Counted from the stretch's first letter, positions 18,172 to 27,019 are shown. The stretch is 59,217 nt of DNA from Candidatus Nomurabacteria bacterium (GCA_943359485.1 CALRHR010000003.1:1-59217); one strand, 5' to 3'. Program-made: numbers and translations. The notes: generated by a model from the letters alone, not told the origin.

Positions 18172-18670
18172 AGATGAAATACAAAATTTAATAAAAGAAT
18201 TAGTGGAAAAGACTGGAGTCATGGCAACAGCGATTACCGTGAATAAAGAAACTGAGGTGAATACTTGGTTTAGAGTAGAAGTAAATGAGCCACATTTTTT
18301 TCTTGAGCGCGATGGTGAAGCGTTGCATGCTCTTAACCATCTTGTTCGTAGAATAGTGGAAAAACACCTCTCCCCAACCCCTCTCCTTGCCAAGGAGAGG
18401 GGCGAAGGGGTGAGGTCCGAGTTTGAGAACAATATTTTAATTGATATTAATGATTTTCAAAAAAAACGAGTAGAAAATATTCGTGCTGTGGCGCATATGA
18501 TGTCTGAGCGGGCAAGATATTTTAAATCAAGTATTGAAGTTGATCCAATGTCTTCTTTTGAACGAAGAGTTGTACACGAATTTTTATCTGATGCCACAGA
18601 TTTAAAGACCGAATCGGTCGGCTTTGGTCCAACTCGACGAGTGGTGATCAAATATATCGGGGCTATGTAA
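18164..18670 (+). CDS. jag: Jag/KhpB-type RNA-binding protein (KH + R3H)
   Basis: C-terminal R3H region ..MSSFERRVVHEFLSD.., and its position after yidC. Confidence 0.8.
   Translation: MNKDEIQNLIKELVEKTGVMATAITVNKETEVNTWFRVEVNEPHFFLERDGEALHALNHLVRRIVEKHLSPTPLLAKERGEGVRSEFENNILIDINDFQKKRVENIRAVAHMMSERARYFKSSIEVDPMSSFERRVVHEFLSDATDLKTESVGFGPTRRVVIKYIGAM
18365..18416. repeat. GC-rich hairpin element (family D) in frame in jag
   Basis: CACCTCTCCCCAACCCCTCTCCTTGCCAAGGAGAGGGGCGAAGGGGTGAGGT encodes HLSPTPLLAKERGEGVRS. Confidence 0.7.
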
Positions 18671-18671
18671 T

Positions 18672-18786
18672 GAGTTTGGTCTGAAATCAAATTTTTTCGG
18701 TACGGATTTTTTGAAGCTTAAAAAATCCTGAAGTTCTCGGCTCGACAGCCTCGAAACCCCTTCAAAATTTATTTCAGACCAAACTC
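18672..18786. repeat. 115-bp element closed by a perfect 16-bp inverted repeat (bidirectional terminator, MITE or RNA)
   Basis: GAGTTTGGTCTGAAAT (18672-18687) pairs with ATTTCAGACCAAACTC (18771-18786). Inner hairpin GGATTTTTT-GAAGCTT-AAAAAATCC (18704-18728). Confidence 0.55.
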
Positions 18787-20133
18787 CCAAAGAAAAGAAT
18801 CTTTTTTGTTTACAAAAAATAGATAATTTTCGTTTTCATCGAGTGCGAGTTTGATTCCGTCAATTTCTTCTCCGCCCGGAGTCGTACTTGGGTCTATTAA
18901 GAGAGTAGTATTTCCATTTTTCAAATCTATTTTCCAAAGTTGGTCGGAGAAAGATACTTCTCCTTGATACCAGGCGTCCGGGTAAGCCCCAAAAGGAATA
19001 CTCGTCGGCACAGAGCAATATACAACATCACTGACCTTACCCCAGACACATTTTTCTGGCAGGGTTCCTACCCCCAGGGTTGTTGAGTTTCCATTTCCGA
19101 TGTCGTATGTATACAACGACAAATTATTGTCGCTATAAAGAATTGTTTTTCCGTCAGGACTCATGCGCGTGGTCAATCCATTTATGTTGCCCAAAATTTT
19201 AGATGGCATACCTTCGGCTGGACTTAATCTATATGCAAAACCCGGGACATTTGCAGAAGGTTTAGTAGAGAGAGTGATTGTCTTTTCAGTCCCCCACCAA
19301 GGACTCCATTCTGTGAAAACAGAATCAAAGATTTGAGTTTTTTTGTTATCCTTAAGATTTAAGGTTATTCCAACAATCCCATTTCCATTCTCAAATAAAT
19401 AGAATATTTTCGTTGTGTCTGGAGAAATACTCATGTCTAAAATATTCCTTCTCTGGAATTCCCCCTTAAATTTTGTATTTATTATATCTGCGCCCAGGTA
19501 TTCTTTTGGCAGGGAGCCGGCGAATGATTCTATTGTCTTTTCATCTGTCCCTAAATATCGCATAACCACTACCTCTCCGTGATTGCCGAAATAAGCTTCG
19601 TGCACTTTTGGGATTGTGATATCTAAGAATTTTCTTTCTTCGATTTTGTCTGCGAATGTTTGGAAAATATTTCCTGTTTCTCTCGCTACATATCTTAATG
19701 TCGTTGCAAATTCAGTTAATGGTGGGGTTGGTTTGGGCGTCCCAGTGCCGATTTTACTACCTTCTTGGGGTGAGGTTTCAACATCGGATGGGACAGTTTC
19801 AACAGCAGTCAATATCGGCATTGGGGCGACCAGTCTTTCTTTTTGATATGTTACAAATCCAGCGATGGGCTGACTTGAAACTTTTTTCAAGTTCACTACT
19901 TGTATTTCTCCTTCGGGGGGCGGAGTGTACCCCGATACATCTACAGGAGGTGTATCCACTTTAGGTTTCTGGCCACCAGTTCCAAAAGGATTAAATTGTG
20001 AAAAGAAATTTGTTCCGGTATTGTCTCCTGCGTCTGGAGTAGTTGCGTCAGGACGGAAATACAAAAACAAAGAAACGGAAACCATGATGATTACCAGAAT
20101 TATTATTAAAAGTGTAAAATTTCTTCTTTGCAT
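18769..20133 (-). CDS. membrane-anchored hypothetical protein with TolB/PD40-like beta-propeller features
   Basis: N-terminal TM segment, Pro-rich linker, and repeated motifs such as SPDGKTILYSDNN and SPDTTKIFY. Confidence 0.45.
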   Translation of the reverse strand: MQRRNFTLLIIILVIIMVSVSLFLYFRPDATTPDAGDNTGTNFFSQFNPFGTGGQKPKVDTPPVDVSGYTPPPEGEIQVVNLKKVSSQPIAGFVTYQKERLVAPMPILTAVETVPSDVETSPQEGSKIGTGTPKPTPPLTEFATTLRYVARETGNIFQTFADKIEERKFLDITIPKVHEAYFGNHGEVVVMRYLGTDEKTIESFAGSLPKEYLGADIINTKFKGEFQRRNILDMSISPDTTKIFYLFENGNGIVGITLNLKDNKKTQIFDSVFTEWSPWWGTEKTITLSTKPSANVPGFAYRLSPAEGMPSKILGNINGLTTRMSPDGKTILYSDNNLSLYTYDIGNGNSTTLGVGTLPEKCVWGKVSDVVYCSVPTSIPFGAYPDAWYQGEVSFSDQLWKIDLKNGNTTLLIDPSTTPGGEEIDGIKLALDENENYLFFVNKKDSFLWEFGLK

Positions 20134-20142
20134 AAATTTAAT

Positions 20143-21273
20143 TTAATCAAAAGCAGAAGCACAGATAGGAATATCTCCGCCCCACGCTATTCTTTGTCCA
20201 TTTCGGTAATTAAATAATATTTTTGCGACCGCTATATTTTGTGCTGGGTCTTTTAGGACTGCTACGCAGTCATTATACTTGTTTTCCATTCCAGATTTAA
20301 GTTTGGCATCATAATAAATTCTTCCACTTGAGTTTGTTTTTATGTAGTTTACTCCATTGATTGGAGAACCGTCAGTTAATGTAAATAAATTAGCACAAGA
20401 ATTTCCACTGGAATCTTTAACATAAACACCATTAGCTAATAAATTTATTTGGAATAAACCAAAAGAAAAAGACTTACCATCTGCGCCAACATCGGTTTGA
20501 CTTGATGAAGCTGGATTTCCGCCGCTTTCGATATTGCAAAGTTTTGACATACCTTCTGCTTTTGATCCAAAGGTGCTTAAATTTGCAGTGGCACAAGGTC
20601 CAGAAGTTACTGGAGTACAGCGTGCAATATTACCAGCTGTAACAGGTTTCTGGTATACACTATTTGCTTGTACACCAACCTCAAATGTTGCTGGAGTAAT
20701 TTTAATGTCAGTTTTGAGTAAATTAGGATTTATTGTGTAAAGAAGCGTATAAGCACCGAGAATTAAAATAATTCCGAGTAAAGCTCCTTGAATTCTGTCT
20801 TTACCATGCTCTTTGCTTGACACCAACTCACTTGTCATATACTCCATACCTCCTATGACGATCATTACCACTGCCAAAACTGCGCATAGACCAATAAATA
20901 GTTTTAGCATGAGGTTTAAATAATTTCCCAGTTGATCGCCTTTAGGGTCAAAAGTTTCCAAAATTCCATTTGGACATTTGGGACCGACTTCGCAGGGTAG
21001 TGGTGCTAGAAAAGTATATTTTGGATCTGCTGTGGTTGCTGCTGCTGGGGGGGGTGTAGATGTAGGTATAGGGCCATCCCAGCGGTATTCGTTTGGATAT
21101 TTTATACAATCTTCGTAAGATTTAGAAGGATTGACTGGATCGTTTGCTCTGCGGGTTCCTATTCCTGCTCTATAACGGCATACACCACCAACTTGTGCTT
21201 GTATCTTTTCGGTAATACCAAAAAAACTTATGAAGACAATTAATATGAGAATGTATGATGAAATTTTTTTCAT
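20143..21273 (-). CDS. T4SS pilin-like (TrbC/VirB2-type two-TM hairpin) protein fused to a lytic transglycosylase-like domain
   Basis: Signal peptide and central ..LFIGLCAVLAVVMIVIGGMEYMTS..GALLGIILILGAYTLLYTINPNLL. The C-terminus has CNIESGGNP..GLFQIN, an SLT-like ES..GLxQI motif. Confidence 0.55.
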   Translation of the reverse strand: MKKISSYILILIVFISFFGITEKIQAQVGGVCRYRAGIGTRRANDPVNPSKSYEDCIKYPNEYRWDGPIPTSTPPPAAATTADPKYTFLAPLPCEVGPKCPNGILETFDPKGDQLGNYLNLMLKLFIGLCAVLAVVMIVIGGMEYMTSELVSSKEHGKDRIQGALLGIILILGAYTLLYTINPNLLKTDIKITPATFEVGVQANSVYQKPVTAGNIARCTPVTSGPCATANLSTFGSKAEGMSKLCNIESGGNPASSSQTDVGADGKSFSFGLFQINLLANGVYVKDSSGNSCANLFTLTDGSPINGVNYIKTNSSGRIYYDAKLKSGMENKYNDCVAVLKDPAQNIAVAKILFNYRNGQRIAWGGDIPICASAFD

Positions 21274-22248
21274 TTAAAATTCTATACTTATTTCTTTATT
21301 TGTCGTCTGAAAAATTCTGTCCATATTTTCTATTACGAGCTTTAATTTAGATGTTCCAGAAACTCCATCTTGCACTTGTAGTGGCATAAAGTTTTTTCTG
21401 TAATTTGGCACAGGAACTGTGTTGTCGTTTATAGACCAATTCCATATTAGTCTAGGGTTCTGTAATTCTTTTGGTGAAATAAAATACGGAACGGCTTCCA
21501 CCACCTCTTTTCCTTCGATCCTGTATGGGTCGGTGAGCGCGTGTTCAAAGACGGTTCCCATTTTTGAATTATTTTTATAAAAGACTATTTTTGGTTCGGT
21601 TGTTGTTACATCCAGACTAGCTTCAGCTGTGAATTTTTGATCAGTTGTCGAAGCTACTACTCCTACATTGTTCGAATTTTCTAAATAGTCATTGGTATAA
21701 GTATAAGAGTTTTTACCATAACCAGAAGCTTCTTGGTCATTCGTGTAATCCTTCTTCCAGGTATAAGTCATATTTTTTGAGTTAACCAAACTTCCATCTA
21801 CACTGGTTTTTACTTCTGGCATGGCTATTACTTTTATTTCGCTGTCAGCTACAGGAAGAGCCTTGCCTTTGTAAAATGGTGGAACAAAAGAGTCTGTTGC
21901 TTGCCAGAGCAAGATCATCTCATTTGGTCGTATGGTTATAGTTTTTTCAAGTTCGCCTTCCGGTAAGGATATAAGAGCTCGGACACTGGAAAAACTTCCA
22001 GCTGGTGGAGCTTTTAATAAAAATGTTTTTTTGCCAACCCCAGATAAAATTACAGTGCCGTTAAGAGACCAACTTATTTGGACACTATCTAAATTGTTGG
22101 CATAACTTGACAGGGTTATGCTGATGTTTTCACCAGGCACCGGGTTAGGGGGCACCATATTTACTAAAATACTACTAGACGAAGCAGAAAAAACTTTTGT
22201 TGCGAACAATGTGAGCATTAAACACAATAATAAAAATTTAAATTTCAT
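21274..22248 (-). CDS. secreted hypothetical protein (beta-rich, Ig-like repeats likely)
   Basis: Signal peptide MKFKFLLLCLMLTLFATKVFS. No catalytic motif recognised. Confidence 0.45.
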   Translation of the reverse strand: MKFKFLLLCLMLTLFATKVFSASSSSILVNMVPPNPVPGENISITLSSYANNLDSVQISWSLNGTVILSGVGKKTFLLKAPPAGSFSSVRALISLPEGELEKTITIRPNEMILLWQATDSFVPPFYKGKALPVADSEIKVIAMPEVKTSVDGSLVNSKNMTYTWKKDYTNDQEASGYGKNSYTYTNDYLENSNNVGVVASTTDQKFTAEASLDVTTTEPKIVFYKNNSKMGTVFEHALTDPYRIEGKEVVEAVPYFISPKELQNPRLIWNWSINDNTVPVPNYRKNFMPLQVQDGVSGTSKLKLVIENMDRIFQTTNKEISIEF

Positions 22249-22259
22249 AACTCCTTTTA

Positions 22260-24110
22260 TTATATCACTTTTGTTTGGGGGTTCATATTTCCTGCCTCAT
22301 GGTCTTCTTTGGCTTTTTTGTTTGATAATATCTGTGAAGGGTCTGAAGTGATAATTTGGTCTTCAGTGTAAGAAGAAAGAGTTTTTATAGCAATGTGTTT
22401 TAGCCCTGCAAAGAATATTCCCTCTCCTACAGAGGATTCCAGAAGTAGGTATTTTTCCTCATCAGTCAAGTTGAAAGTTTTTTGCAGTAGATCAATGGTG
22501 GTAGGAGATTGCTTTAAGAGAAGCTGGATGGAAGAGTTTGTGATGATAGGTATTCCATAGGGAGAATTTAAAAAGTCAGCCGCGTCTTGGGTGATAGTAG
22601 AAAGGCCGAGGTAGTATTTTCTGCCTCGCTTGGCAATAGAATAAAGAAAAGAAGCTGTGTCTTCGGACTTCATCATCCACCAAGCTTCGTCGACGACGAG
22701 CAGGCGTTTTTTCAAAGTTTTTCTAATTGCATTCCAGATGTAATGCATGATGATATACATGGCTACTGGCTTTAGCTCATCTTCCATGTCGCGAACAGAG
22801 AAAACAACAAATTTTTTATTTATATCCACATTACTTGGTCTATTTAAAAATGTTGCCCAAGAACCCCTAGTGTATTTAACCAATCTTTGTACCACAGAAT
22901 CACTTCCCTCCATTCCTGAGAGGACCATTTCAAAATCAGAAAGTAATGGTGGTTCAATGTTAGAGAAATCTGACTCCGGGGTAATATCTTTTATGGCATA
23001 AGTTTCGGAAATAGCTCTGTCCACCATAGAATCTTCCTCTGGAGTAAGTCCACCCAACATTAATCGGAAAAGCCCAACTAGGTTGATAATATTTGAACGC
23101 AACACATCCTCGGCTGTTTCATCTTCTCGGGGTATTGGCAAGTCAAAGGGGTTTATATGGTGGTCGCTTGAAAGAGATATATTGAAATATCTTCCACCAA
23201 CAGCTTCGGCCAAAAATTCATATTCCCGCTCGGGGTCTATTACCATGACATCAATATCAAACATCAGAGATCTGAGAATTTCTAATTTTGTAGCGTAACT
23301 TTTCCCGGCGCCAGCCTTGGCGAAGGTCACCGAATTATAATTTTCTAGTGAAAATCTGTCAAAAATAACCAAGCTTGAATTGTGTCTGTTCATACCATAG
23401 AGAATCCCTCTGTCGGAAGTAAGATCGAAAGATATAAATGGGAAAACAGACGAAAGTGGTTCAGAGTTCAATTTTTGATTAATGTTTAACAGATCCATGT
23501 TGAGTGGGATGACACTTTTAAAACCATCTTCTTGTTGAAAAATCGCCGGTTTGATGTATATCAACTTTGACTCTAATATTGATTTTATTTCATTTTCAAT
23601 CTTGAAAAGTTCCATTTCATTATCGGCATAGATCGTTATATAAATACCAACATCAAACATTTTTTCTTGTGCTTGCATTAAAGTATCACGCAATCCTTCT
23701 AGGTCCTGGTAAGCAGTGTCGAGCATTGGGTCGCGCACCATTCCACGCGTTTCACGCATGGAAATCTGGCTTTGCACTTCGGCCACCTTTTTTTGAAATT
23801 GTCGTAATATCAAGGATGTGTCAATCGGATGAATAAAAATTGAAATGTCAAAAACTTTATCCAAGTTGATTATCGGAGAAAACCAATTATCTGATAAAAA
23901 TCTCGGGTAAGAAATTATGAAAAATGTGCGAGCGATTTTGTCACCTAGACTTATGGATTTAGATTCGATCTTGAGCCCAGAAGGCGCGATAACATCTTGA
24001 AGCTCTAGACTAGCTTGGTCATATATCTGCAATGGCAGTATCGGAGAGACAGAAGCTCTCACACTTTCGACTCCACTACTTTTTTTAAATAATTTATCAA
24101 ATATTCCCAT
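22260..24110 (-). CDS. virB4: VirB4/TrbE/PrgJ-family T4SS ATPase (middle + ATPase domains)
   Basis: Walker A AKAGAGKSYATK, ..VIDPEREY.., and Walker B LLVVDEAWWMM. The YPRFLSDNWFSPI region is typical of VirB4 of Gram-positive systems. Confidence 0.85.
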   Translation of the reverse strand: MGIFDKLFKKSSGVESVRASVSPILPLQIYDQASLELQDVIAPSGLKIESKSISLGDKIARTFFIISYPRFLSDNWFSPIINLDKVFDISIFIHPIDTSLILRQFQKKVAEVQSQISMRETRGMVRDPMLDTAYQDLEGLRDTLMQAQEKMFDVGIYITIYADNEMELFKIENEIKSILESKLIYIKPAIFQQEDGFKSVIPLNMDLLNINQKLNSEPLSSVFPFISFDLTSDRGILYGMNRHNSSLVIFDRFSLENYNSVTFAKAGAGKSYATKLEILRSLMFDIDVMVIDPEREYEFLAEAVGGRYFNISLSSDHHINPFDLPIPREDETAEDVLRSNIINLVGLFRLMLGGLTPEEDSMVDRAISETYAIKDITPESDFSNIEPPLLSDFEMVLSGMEGSDSVVQRLVKYTRGSWATFLNRPSNVDINKKFVVFSVRDMEDELKPVAMYIIMHYIWNAIRKTLKKRLLVVDEAWWMMKSEDTASFLYSIAKRGRKYYLGLSTITQDAADFLNSPYGIPIITNSSIQLLLKQSPTTIDLLQKTFNLTDEEKYLLLESSVGEGIFFAGLKHIAIKTLSSYTEDQIITSDPSQILSNKKAKEDHEAGNMNPQTKVI

Positions 24111-24116
24111 TGCATT

Positions 24117-24185
24117 CTAGGCTCTAGGCTCTAGGCTCTAGGCATTAGCATTGTGCTAGCGCCTAAGGCCTAAGGCCTAGCTGCC
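24117..24185. repeat. CTAGGC-type palindromic repeat (family C, copy 2)
   Basis: CTAGGCTCTAGGCTCTAGGCTCTAGGCATTAGCATTGTGCTAGCGCCTAAGGCCTAAGGCCTAGCTGCC. The arms are imperfect reverse complements. Confidence 0.75.
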
Positions 24186-24818
24186 TATATTAATTTTCCC
24201 TTCTACTTCTCCGGGGTTAAAGACTTTATAAAATACTTCTACCACTTCTTCTGTGCCCAGTTGAACCGATTTTATACCACAACGAGAGAGTCCTTGTTCG
24301 ATTACTCCCACCCTTTCTTCCAGTTGGGATCTTTTTTCTTCAAAATCTGCTTCTTTTGCTACTTGTGCTTCTTCTCTACTTCTACCCCCGAATAATCTTT
24401 TCAATATTCCAGAATCTGTTTTAAAGGTAGTACTGGTATAAGGCACGACTACGAAAAAACTTTTAGTCATAATATTGACCGACTCAGTAAAATTTCGAAT
24501 AAACTCGATGTATTCTTTTGTTTGCAGTTTAAGTAAAGCTTCACTCTGTACTTTCATTCGCTCTTCTAGGGTTAAAAGATATGGTCTTATGTCGAGTCTT
24601 CTGCTCTGTACTGATATTTGTACTGGGAAATCTAAAGTATTTAGAAAACTTTGGAATTGAAAAATGGTGGCTTTTTGTTCATCATCCGATTTGAGTGATA
24701 AATTAATAGAATTGGCCAGAACTATAGCCCGCAAGTCACCGTCTTTGAGCACAATCACACCATCACGGACTTCCTTGATCGGTACAAACTCTTGAGTTGC
24801 TTTTGCATTTAATGCCAT
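24177..24818 (-). CDS. VirB4 N-terminal-domain-like protein (probable detached N-terminal part of VirB4)
   Basis: ..TQEFVPIKEVRDGVIVLKDGDLRAIVLANSINLSLKSDDEQKATIFQFQSFLNTLDFPVQI.. resembles the N-terminal domain of Gram-positive VirB4 ATPases. The stop codon lies in repeat copy 2. Confidence 0.5.
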   Translation of the reverse strand: MALNAKATQEFVPIKEVRDGVIVLKDGDLRAIVLANSINLSLKSDDEQKATIFQFQSFLNTLDFPVQISVQSRRLDIRPYLLTLEERMKVQSEALLKLQTKEYIEFIRNFTESVNIMTKSFFVVVPYTSTTFKTDSGILKRLFGGRSREEAQVAKEADFEEKRSQLEERVGVIEQGLSRCGIKSVQLGTEEVVEVFYKVFNPGEVEGKINIGS

Positions 24819-24826
24819 AAATATTT

Positions 24827-24899
24827 CTAGGCTTTGGGCTCTAGGCGTTAGGCTTTAGCTTTTTTTGTGCTAGAGCCTAGTGCCTAAGGCCTAGCTGCC
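24827..24899. repeat. CTAGGC-type palindromic repeat (family C, copy 3)
   Basis: CTAGGCTTTGGGCTCTAGGCGTTAGGCTTTAGCTTTTTTTGTGCTAGAGCCTAGTGCCTAAGGCCTAGCTGCC. Confidence 0.75.
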
Positions 24900-25325
24900 T
24901 GTGTTCTGATGTTTATTTAAATCTAACACATCTAGACTCCAAGCCAAATCTCGTAATTTGTTTCCACCTAATCGTGCCGCATTTTGAAGCATTTGCGTTT
25001 GTTTACTTATTTCGGTAGTTTTTAGTGTATCTTCATTTGGCTCTTTTGTGCGTCTTTTCCATATATACAGTTTGCTCTGTAAAAGAAAATTAAATCCAGC
25101 AGCAACCATATTAATAAAAGGTTTATTATTTGGTCGGTAGAAAGTAAGAGCTAATGAAAATCCGGCGATAACCACAATCGGGATAGAGCCCCACATAATT
25201 CCGAGCAATCTATACAAAACAAAACACAAACCAGCCCCGCCGGCGAGGTAGACGAATTCTCTGAAGGTAAACGGACCAAAAATTTTGTCTTCTATGTCTA
25301 AAAATTGTGGAACTTTAAATTGCAT
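24891..25325 (-). CDS. PrgI-family (VirB3-like) T4SS membrane protein
   Basis: MQFKVPQFLDIEDKIFGPFTFREFVYLAGG.. followed by two TM segments, the classical PrgI N-terminus. The last codons and stop lie in repeat copy 3. Confidence 0.7.
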   Translation of the reverse strand: MQFKVPQFLDIEDKIFGPFTFREFVYLAGGAGLCFVLYRLLGIMWGSIPIVVIAGFSLALTFYRPNNKPFINMVAAGFNFLLQSKLYIWKRRTKEPNEDTLKTTEISKQTQMLQNAARLGGNKLRDLAWSLDVLDLNKHQNTGS

Positions 25326-25330
25326 AACGC

Positions 25331-25386
25331 AGGCTCTAGGCTTTAGGCGCTAGGCCCTAGTTGGACTAATTACTAGGTTCTAGCTG
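25331..25386. repeat. CTAGGC-type repeat (family C, copy 4)
   Basis: AGGCTCTAGGCTTTAGGCGCTAGGCCCTAG..ACTAATTACTAGGTTCTAGCTG. Confidence 0.7.
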
Positions 25387-25725
25387 TGAAATTAATTTAT
25401 TCAACATTTTCATAACTTCTTCCAGTATGGAATCTACTTTATTATAATCTAATTTTATTGTTTTGGGTAATTTTTTTACTATTACCAACTGGGTTTCTAT
25501 TTCAGCGCCAGATGCAAAAGCAATAAGCAAAAACCTTTTAAATTCAATATTTCCTCCACGCATTTTTCCTTCCGCTATATTTGAAGGTATGGATACCGTT
25601 GCTCTTCGGATTTGTGAAGTTAAACCGTAAATTTCTTCCCTAGGAAAATTACTTGTAAGTTCGTATATGGCAATCACTAGATCTATAGATTTTTGCCAAA
25701 TTGTTAAATCTTTATAAGTTTTCAT
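25366..25725 (-). CDS. four-helix-bundle protein (23S rRNA intervening-sequence protein family; Avd-like fold)
   Basis: MKTYKDLTIWQKSIDLV..IYELT..FP.EE.YGLTSQIRRA.VSIPSNIAEG.. is the hallmark of this family. Confidence 0.85.
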   Translation of the reverse strand: MKTYKDLTIWQKSIDLVIAIYELTSNFPREEIYGLTSQIRRATVSIPSNIAEGKMRGGNIEFKRFLLIAFASGAEIETQLVIVKKLPKTIKLDYNKVDSILEEVMKMLNKLISQLEPSN

Positions 25726-25730
25726 GATAT

Positions 25731-25817
25731 AGGATCTAGCTTTTTGAATTGCTAATGCCTAACGCCTAGTTGCCTGATTAATTACTGCTAAAGCCTAGAG
25801 CCTAACGCCTAGTGCCT
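25731..25817. repeat. CTAGGC-type repeat (family C, copy 5)
   Basis: ..TCTAGCTTTTTGAATTGCTAATGCCTAACGCCTAGTTGCCTGATTAATTACTGCTAAAGCCTAGAGCCTAACGCCTAGTGCC. Confidence 0.75.
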
Positions 25818-25824
25818 TCCCTCA

Positions 25825-26526
25825 CTACTCAGGTAGTTCTCGATAGGGGTCTATTTTGGGAACTTTGGGTGTTGTGGGTTGTGGGGTTGATGGTATGGCT
25901 GATTTTGATATATTTTCCAGGGTGTGCTCTGTTCTAACTGTTGGAGTTTGAATGGAACCAGATAACTTTTGTGCCAGTAATGAATGAATTTTTTCTGCAG
26001 GCTCTATTTTCCCCGCCTGCATTAGCTGTGCTGAAGGAACTACGGGCAGGTCCGGAACAGGTAATTTTTCATCTCTTATTATTTGTATACCTGCTTCTTG
26101 GAATGCTAAAGTATCATTTGTTTTTTCTTCTTCGGGTGTACTCTCTTCTTGGCTCAGTTGGGACGGAGTATTTTCTCTTTGCTGGAATGTTTTTTTTCTG
26201 TCGGTATTTTTAATCAACTCCTCTTTGATTTTTTTGAAAACTAAATTGTTCATTTCCACGACCAATTCATTTGCCGCCATTTTAGAAATCCCCATTCTTT
26301 TTTCTAATTCTTCCGGATAATCTCTCGTACTCAAAAGCCCACAGAGCAGTAACTCTGTTTCAATTTCCAGGTCTCCCAGCTGTTCGAAGGTGTAGCCCTT
26401 TTTTGTTCGCAATTCTAAAATTGATGCCTTCCAGTCCACTGTGGCAATGGCATTTTGCGTCTCTATCGGCAAAGCCGATTTTGCTTTTTCTATTTTTATT
26501 TGTAGTAAATCTATTGGGTCGTTCAT
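25825..26526 (-). CDS. hypothetical protein (paralogous N-terminal domain with 26600..27019)
   Basis: N-terminal ~95 aa align with the neighbouring ORF. C-terminal low-complexity Pro/Thr/Gln-rich tail. Confidence 0.45.
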   Translation of the reverse strand: MNDPIDLLQIKIEKAKSALPIETQNAIATVDWKASILELRTKKGYTFEQLGDLEIETELLLCGLLSTRDYPEELEKRMGISKMAANELVVEMNNLVFKKIKEELIKNTDRKKTFQQRENTPSQLSQEESTPEEEKTNDTLAFQEAGIQIIRDEKLPVPDLPVVPSAQLMQAGKIEPAEKIHSLLAQKLSGSIQTPTVRTEHTLENISKSAIPSTPQPTTPKVPKIDPYRELPE

Positions 26527-26530
26527 AATT

Positions 26531-26613
26531 TAGGCCTTAGGCCGCTAGGCTCTAGGCCTTAGCTTTTTTAATAATAACACAATTTTTCCCTACTAGTGCC
26601 TAAAGCCTAGAAC
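26531..26613. repeat. CTAGGC-type repeat (family C, copy 6)
   Basis: TAGGCCTTAGGCCGCTAGGCTCTAGGCCTTAGCTTTTTTAATAATAACAC..CTACTAGTGCCTAAAGCCTAGAACC. Confidence 0.75.
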
Positions 26614-27019
26614 CTGTGTCTACAAATGCTGAATAATCTCCACCAGAGAGGATGAAATCAAGATTTTGCTTTGGAGTTGTATTTCTGGTTGGCAGATTTT
26701 TTCTAATCTTTTCTTCTAGAAGGTTGCTCATTGGAGTGAATATTTTTTCCAATGCTTCGTTGGCTATCTTTTCTGCTTCAGCTTTGCTGGTGCCGACATT
26801 GTTTTCAATATTAGTTGCATAAAAATCGCCATCTTCAATTCCAACTAAAACTAATAGAGTTTCCACTTGCAGGTCGTTTGTCTCATTTTCATCAAGTAGA
26901 TATTTTTTACCAATTTTTTCGATAATCATTCCCCAATTCAAAGAATTTATCACCTCTTGTGCCTCTTTTGGCAGTTTCCCTACTTCGTCTTTAATTATTT
27001 GTTTTAATTTGTCTGTCAT
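26600..27019 (-). CDS. hypothetical protein (paralogue of the N-terminal domain of 25825..26526)
   Basis: Shared pattern: ..LP.E.Q..I....W...I..........E...L..ET.L.L.G....... The stop codon and last 4 residues lie in repeat copy 6. Confidence 0.45.
   Translation of the reverse strand: MTDKLKQIIKDEVGKLPKEAQEVINSLNWGMIIEKIGKKYLLDENETNDLQVETLLVLVGIEDGDFYATNIENNVGTSKAEAEKIANEALEKIFTPMSNLLEEKIRKNLPTRNTTPKQNLDFILSGGDYSAFVDTGSRL

Noticed and set aside
25366-25725. Diversity-generating retroelement (the four-helix-bundle protein resembles the DGR accessory protein Avd)
   Set aside because: No reverse transcriptase ORF is in the window. The only obvious DNA-level duplicate (38851-38935 versus 39830-39905) differs at all four bases rather than specifically at adenines, so it is not a TR/VR pair.
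24117-26613. CRISPR array hypothesis for the CTAGGC repeat loci
   Set aside because: The units are 6-nt phased palindromic arms separated by whole genes, not 25-40 nt direct repeats with regular unique spacers. No cas genes are present.
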